NCBI GenBank assembly: GCA_026770705.1
Contig: JANJGN010000189.1
Coordinates: 496,001 to 560,000 of the forward strand
DNA length: 64,000 nucleotides
From: Isurus oxyrinchus
Taxonomy: Eukaryota
Reading direction: 5' to 3'
Part shown: piece by piece, positions 59,139 through 64,000 of the stretch
Layout of the letters: each line of letters opens with the position of its first letter
How positions within the stretch are numbered: the first letter of the stretch is position 1
Position numbers and translations under genes: made by a program
The notes under the pieces: model-generated
The model's input: the letters and a program-made list of their open reading frames with translations, nothing else
Told to the model about the DNA's origin: nothing
Database searches by the model: none

Positions 59139-60059
59139 GGGGAGAATCTGCCTGGGTTTTGAGCAGAAATCATGAGCACGTCTTAAAACCACAACCTTCC
59201 GTATTAGAGAGAGTGTGTCTGAGAGAGAGAGAGAGCGAGAGAGACAGAGAGAGTCTGTGAGAGAGAAAAAGAATTAGAAAGAGTGTGTACATNNNNNNNN
59301 NNNNNNNNNNNNNNNNNNNNNNNNNNNNNNNNNNNNNNNNNNNNNNNNNNNNNNNNNNNNNNNNNNNNNNNNNNNNNNNNNNNNNNNNNNNNNNNNNNNN
59401 NNNNNNNNNNNNNNNNNNNNNNNNNNNNNNNNNNNNNNNNNNNNNNNNNNNNNNNNNNNNNNNNNNNNNNNNNNNNNNNNNNNNNNNNNNNNNNNNNNNN
59501 NNNNNNNNNNNNNNNNNNNNNNNNNNNNNNNNNNNNNNNNNNNNNNNNNNNNNNNNNNNNNNNNNNNNNNNNNNNNNNNNNNNNNNNNNNNNNNNNNNNN
59601 NNNNNNNNNNNNNNNNNNNNNTGAGGGAGAGTGTGCGTGTGTGAGAGAGATTCTGTGTGTGTGAGGGAGAGATTGTGCGTATCAGAGAGAGTGTGTGTGT
59701 GTGTGTGAGGGAGGATGTGTGTGTGAGGGAGAGTGTGTGTGTGTGAGAGAGATTCTGTGTGTGAGGGAGAGAGTGTGTGTGTGTGAGGGAGAGTATGTGT
59801 GTGTGAGGGAGNNNNNNNNNNNNNNNNNNNNNNNNNNNNNNNNNNNNNNNNNNNNNNNNNNNNNNNNNNNNNNNNNNNNNNNNNNNNNNNNNNNNNNNNN
59901 NNNNNNNNNNNNNNNNNNNNNNNNNNNNNNNNNNNNNNNNNTCAGAGAGAGTGCGTGTGTGTGTGAGGGAGGGTGTGTGTGTGAGGGAGATTCTGTGTGT
60001 GTGAGGGAGAGAGTGCATGAGAGTGAGAAAGAGGGAGACAGCAGAAGAGAAAGATAGAG

Positions 60060-62765
60060 AGAGATGGTAAATGTTTGAGAGAGAGAGAATGTGTGTGTGT
60101 GTGAGAGAGAGAGATAGAGCAGAAGAGTGTGATAGAGAGAGATTGTGAGTGTTAGAGAGAGAATGTGTGTGTGTGAGAGAGAGAGATAGAGCAGAAGAGT
60201 GTGATAGAGAGAGATTGTGAGTGTTAGAGAGAGAATGTGTGTGTGTGAGAGAGAGATAGAGCAGAAGAGTGTGATAGAGAGAGATTGTGAGTGTTAGAGA
60301 GAGAATGTGTGTGAGAGAGAGAGAGATAGAGCAGAAGAGTGCGATAGAGAGAGATTGTGAGTGTTAGAGAGAGAATGTGTGTGTGTGAGAGAGAGAGATA
60401 GAGCAGAAGAGTGTGATAGAGAGAGATTGTGAGTGTTAGAGAGAGAATGTCTGTGTGTGAGAGAGAGAGAGAGAGAGCAGAAGAGTGCGATAGAGAGAGA
60501 TTGTGAGTGTGTGAGAGAGAATGTGTGTGTGAGAGAGAGAAATAGAGCAGAAGAGTGCGATAGAGATTGTGAGTGTTAGAGAGAGAATGTGTGTGTGAGA
60601 GAGAGAGAGAGAGCAGAAGAGTGTGATAGAGAGAGATTGTGAGTGTTAGAGAGAGAATGTGTGTGTGTGAGAGAGAGATAGAGCAGAAGAGTGTGATAGA
60701 GAGAGATTGTGAGTGTTAGAGAGAGAATGTGTGTGTGTGAGAGAGAGAGAGATAGAGCAGAAGAGTGAGATAGAGATTGTGAGTGTTAGAGAGAGAATGT
60801 GTGTGTGTGAGAGAGAGAGATAGAGCAGAAGAGTGTGATAGAGAGAGATTGTGAGTGTTAGAGAGAGAATGTGTGTGTGTGTGAGAGAGAGAGATAGAGC
60901 AGAAGAGTGTGATAGAGAGAGATTGTGAGTGTTAGAGAGAGAATGTGTGTGTGTGAGAGAGAGAGAGATAGAGCAGAAGAGTGTGATAGAGAGAGATTGT
61001 GAGTGTTAGAGAGAGAAGGTGTGTGTGTGATAGAGAGAGAGATAGAACAGAAGAGTGTGATAGAGAGAGATTGTGAGTGTTAGAGAGAGAAGGTGTGTGT
61101 GTGATAGAGAGAGAGATAGAGCAGAAGAGTGTGATAGAGAGAGATTGTGAGTGTTAGAGAGAGAATGTGTGTGTGAGAGAGAGAGAGAGATAGAGCAGAA
61201 GAGTGTGATAGAGAGAGATTGTGAGTGTTAGAGAGAGAATGTGTGTGTGTGTGAGAGAGAGAGATAGAGCAGAAGAGTGTGATAGAGAGAGATTGTGAGT
61301 GTTAGAGAGAGAAGGTGTGTGTGTGATAGAGAGAGAGATAGAGCAGAAGAGTGCGATAGAGAGAGATTGTGAGTGTTAGAGAGAGAATGTGTGTGTGTGT
61401 GAGAGAGAGATAGAGCAGAAGAGTGTGATAGAGAGAGAGATTGTGAGTGTGAGAGAGAGAATGTGTGTGTGTTTGAGAGAGATAGAGCAGAAGAGTGCGA
61501 TAGAGAGAGATTGTGAGTGTTAGAGAGAGAATGTGTGTGTGTGAGAGAGAGATAGAGCAGAAGAGTGTGATAGAGAGAGAGATTGTGAGTGTTAGAGAGA
61601 GAATGTGTGTGTGTGTGAGAGAGATAGAGCAGAAGAGTGTGATAGAGAGAGAGATTGTGAGTGTTAGAGAGAGAATGTGTGTGTGTGTGAGAGAGATAGA
61701 GCAGAAGAGTGTGATAGAGAGAGATTGTGATTGTTAGAGAGAGAATGTGTGTGTGAGAGAGAGAGAGAGAGAGATAGAGCAGAAGAGTGCGATAGAGAGA
61801 GATTGTGAGTGTTAGAGAGAGAATGTGTGTGTGAGAGAGAGAGAGAGATAGAGCAGAAGAGTGTGATAGAGAAAAATTTTGTGAGTATAAGAGCGAGAAT
61901 GTGTGTGTGAGAGAGAGAGAGAGATAGAGCAGAAGAGTGTGATAGAGAGAGATTGTGAGTGTTAGAGAGAGAACGTGTCTGTGTGTGAGAGAGAGAGATA
62001 GAGCAGAAGAGTGTGATAGAGAGAGATTGTGAGTGTTAGAGAGAGAATGTGTGTGTGTGTGAGAGAGAGAGATAGAGCAGAAGAGTGTGATAGAGAGAGA
62101 TTGTGAGTGTTAGAGAGAGAAGGTGTGTGTGTGATAGAGAGAGAGATAGAGCAGAAGAGTGCGATAGAGAGAGATTGTGAGTGTTAGAGAGAGAATGTGT
62201 GTGTGTGAGAGAGAGATAGAGCAGAAGAGTGTGATAGAGAGAGAGATTGTGAGTGTTAGAGAGAGAATGTGTGTGTGTGTGAGAGAGATAGAGCAGAAGA
62301 GTGTGATAGAGAGAGAGATTGTGAGTGTTAGAGAGAGATTGTGTGTGTGTGTGAGAGAGATAGAGCAGAAGAGTGTGATAGAGAGAGATTGTGATTGTTA
62401 GAGAGAGAATGTGTGTGTGAGAGAGAGAGAGAGAGATAGAGCAGAAGAGTGCGATAGAGAGAGATTGTGAGTGTTAGAGAGAGAATGTGTGTGTGAGAGA
62501 GAGAGAGAGATAGAGCAGAAGAGTGTGATAGAGAAAAATTTCGTGAGTATAAGAGCGAGAATGTGTGTGTGAGAGAGAGAGAGAGAGATAGAGCAGAAGA
62601 GTGTGATAGAGAGAGATTGTGAGTGTTAGAGAGAGAACGTGTCTGTGTGTGAGAGAGAGAGATAGAGCAGAAGAGTGTGATAGAGAGAGATTGTGAGTGT
62701 TAGAGAGAGAATGTGTGTGTGTGAGAGAGAGAGATAGAGCAGAAAAGTGTGATAGAGATTGTGAG
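60060..62765. repeat. ~70-bp satellite built from (GA)n/(GT)n tracts, with a ~660-bp higher-order duplication
   Basis: Unit gatagagcagaagagtgtgatagagagagattgtgagtgttagagagagaatgtgtgtgtgtgagagaga; the rare variant gaaaaattt..gtgagtataagagcg recurs at ~61871 and ~62533. Confidence 0.92.
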
Positions 62766-63029
62766 GGCTTAACTCACTAAGAGAAAAAGCTGGACACCGA
62801 GCAGAGGGAGTGAGGGAACAATGAATTTTTGCTGTGTTTGGTGAATCGGTTTGCGATGTCCCTTCTCAATCTCTCCTTCCTTGTCTTGACATTAGATAAT
62901 TCCCTGGGGCTGTTTAATTCCCTGAAAGGTGCCATTTAAACACAAGTTGTTGTTTGAGGAAGAAACACTGGGGACAATTTCTGAAAAAGTCTCTGTCTTT
63001 ATCATTTCCATTTAGATGAGGAACTGAAG

Positions 63030-63075
63030 ATGGGAGAGGTCGGTCTGATATTGATCTTCATCAGCTTGCTGCAAG
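63030..63075 (+). CDS. Siglec D: signal-peptide exon (MGEVGLILIFISLLQ-G)
   Basis: ATG at 63030, hydrophobic leader ending LLQ-G like B, phase-1 donor GTAC at 63076. Confidence 0.8.
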
Positions 63076-63404
63076 GTACAAATTCATTACTGATCGGAAC
63101 TCAGGGAATTGGATTCTTTCCTGGAGTGAGGAAGTGAACATTTAATTTTAGAGAACAGGGTTAGTGATCACACAGAGATTGAGTGAATAGCGAGTCAGAG
63201 AATATAGCAAAAGAAAAAGCCTCATACGGACTCGAAACACCAACTCTGTTTCTCTCTCCACAGATGCTGTCAGACCTGCTGAGTTTTTCCAGCATTTTCT
63301 GTTTGTGCATCAGAGAGCTTGTTTCAATAGGAATGACAGTGCATTTATATAGCACCTTTAATGCAGTAAAACATCCTTATTGCTTCACAGGATTCCCCCA
63401 CAAG

Positions 63405-63870
63405 GGGTAACATCCCCTCAGCATCCACCCTGTCAAACCCCCCACCACCTCAGAATCTTATATGTTTCAATAAGATCACCTCTCATTCTTCTAAACTCCA
63501 ATGGATACAGGGCCCAACCTGCTCAACATTTCCTCATAAGACAAACCCCCTTCATCCCAGGAATCAGCCCAGTGATCCTCCTCTGAGCTGCCTCCAATGC
63601 AGAGTCTATCCCTCCCTAAGTAAGGAGACCAGAACTGTACACACTGCTCCTGATACAATCTCACCAACGCCCTGTACAGTTGTAGCAAGACTTCCCTCCT
63701 TTTATACTCCACCCCTTTGCAATAAAGGCCAACATTCCACTTGCCTTCCTCATTCCGTGGTGTTCCTGAATGCTGACTTTCTGTGATTCATGTACAAGGA
63801 CACCCAGATCCCTCTGTACCGCATTCTGTAGACTCTCTCCATTGAAGTAATATTCTGCTTTTTGATGTTC
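63405..63870 (-). mobile_element. CR1 LINE fragment
   Basis: ORF 63491- reads EYKRREVLLQLYRALVR...CVQFWSPYL. Confidence 0.85.
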
Positions 63871-63895
63871 AGTCCCCTCCCTTGTTGCCTTTCAG

Positions 63896-64000
63896 GAGTG
63901 ACGTCAGAGGGATGGTCTATGAAGGCGCTGCCTCGGAGGGCCATCAGCAGCTCTTGTGTGGTTATTCCGTGTAGCTTTGACTTGCCTTCCCACTCTTACA
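63896..64000 (+). CDS. Siglec D: start of a V-set exon (GVTSEGWSMKALPRRAISSSCVVIPCSFDLPSHSY...), MAG/CD22/sialoadhesin-like; continues beyond the window
   Basis: TTTCAG acceptor at 63894-63895, in frame with the leader; W...SCVVIPCSF..P Siglec motif. Confidence 0.8.

Noticed and set aside
59293-59941. N runs hiding the missing Siglec C V exon
   Set aside because: The runs (~330 and ~130 nt) sit inside simple-repeat tracts and, at face value, are too short for a 366-nt V exon plus C2. True gap sizes are unknown, so this is not fully excluded.
63896-64000. Naming Siglec D (or A-C) as MAG, CD22 or CD33
   Set aside because: Family membership is clear, but orthology cannot be established from the visible sequence.

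Overview
Vertebrate genomic DNA; the repeat content points to a cartilaginous fish (shark), but the species cannot be fixed from sequence alone. I assembled exons by hand from splice sites, because most are missed or misread in the ORF track. The window is an immune locus: a rearranged cluster of Siglec-family (sialic-acid-binding Ig lectin) genes surrounding a compact three-exon hepcidin gene. (1) Siglec A (minus strand, ATG 6120): leader, V-set, C2, an in-frame-deleted C2, then another C2 running off the left edge. (2) Siglec B (plus strand, ATG 15863) lies head-to-head with A. It has one leader, two tandem V-set exons, a C2, a dead C2, and a terminal TM exon with an intramembrane Arg and no tyrosine motif, which is activating-type. 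(3) Three orphan inhibitory-type tail exons lie between A and B. (4) HAMP (minus, 32399-37369) encodes an 83-aa prepropeptide with an RQKR site and an atypical 29-aa, 8-Cys mature peptide; its promoter has TATA, GGCGCC (BMP-RE) and C/EBP motifs. (5) Siglec C (minus, 50505-56070) has three C2 exons, an uncharged TM and an ITIM-like plus ITSM tail, but no leader or V exon; it is flanked by inverted repeats. (6) Siglec D (plus, from 63030) is the start of a more divergent Siglec. The rest is CR1-type LINEs, solo-LTR-like elements, a Gypsy gag-pro relic, SINEs and several minisatellites. The main candidates for novelty are a paired activating/inhibitory Siglec system with loop-focused V diversification, and the unusual hepcidin.
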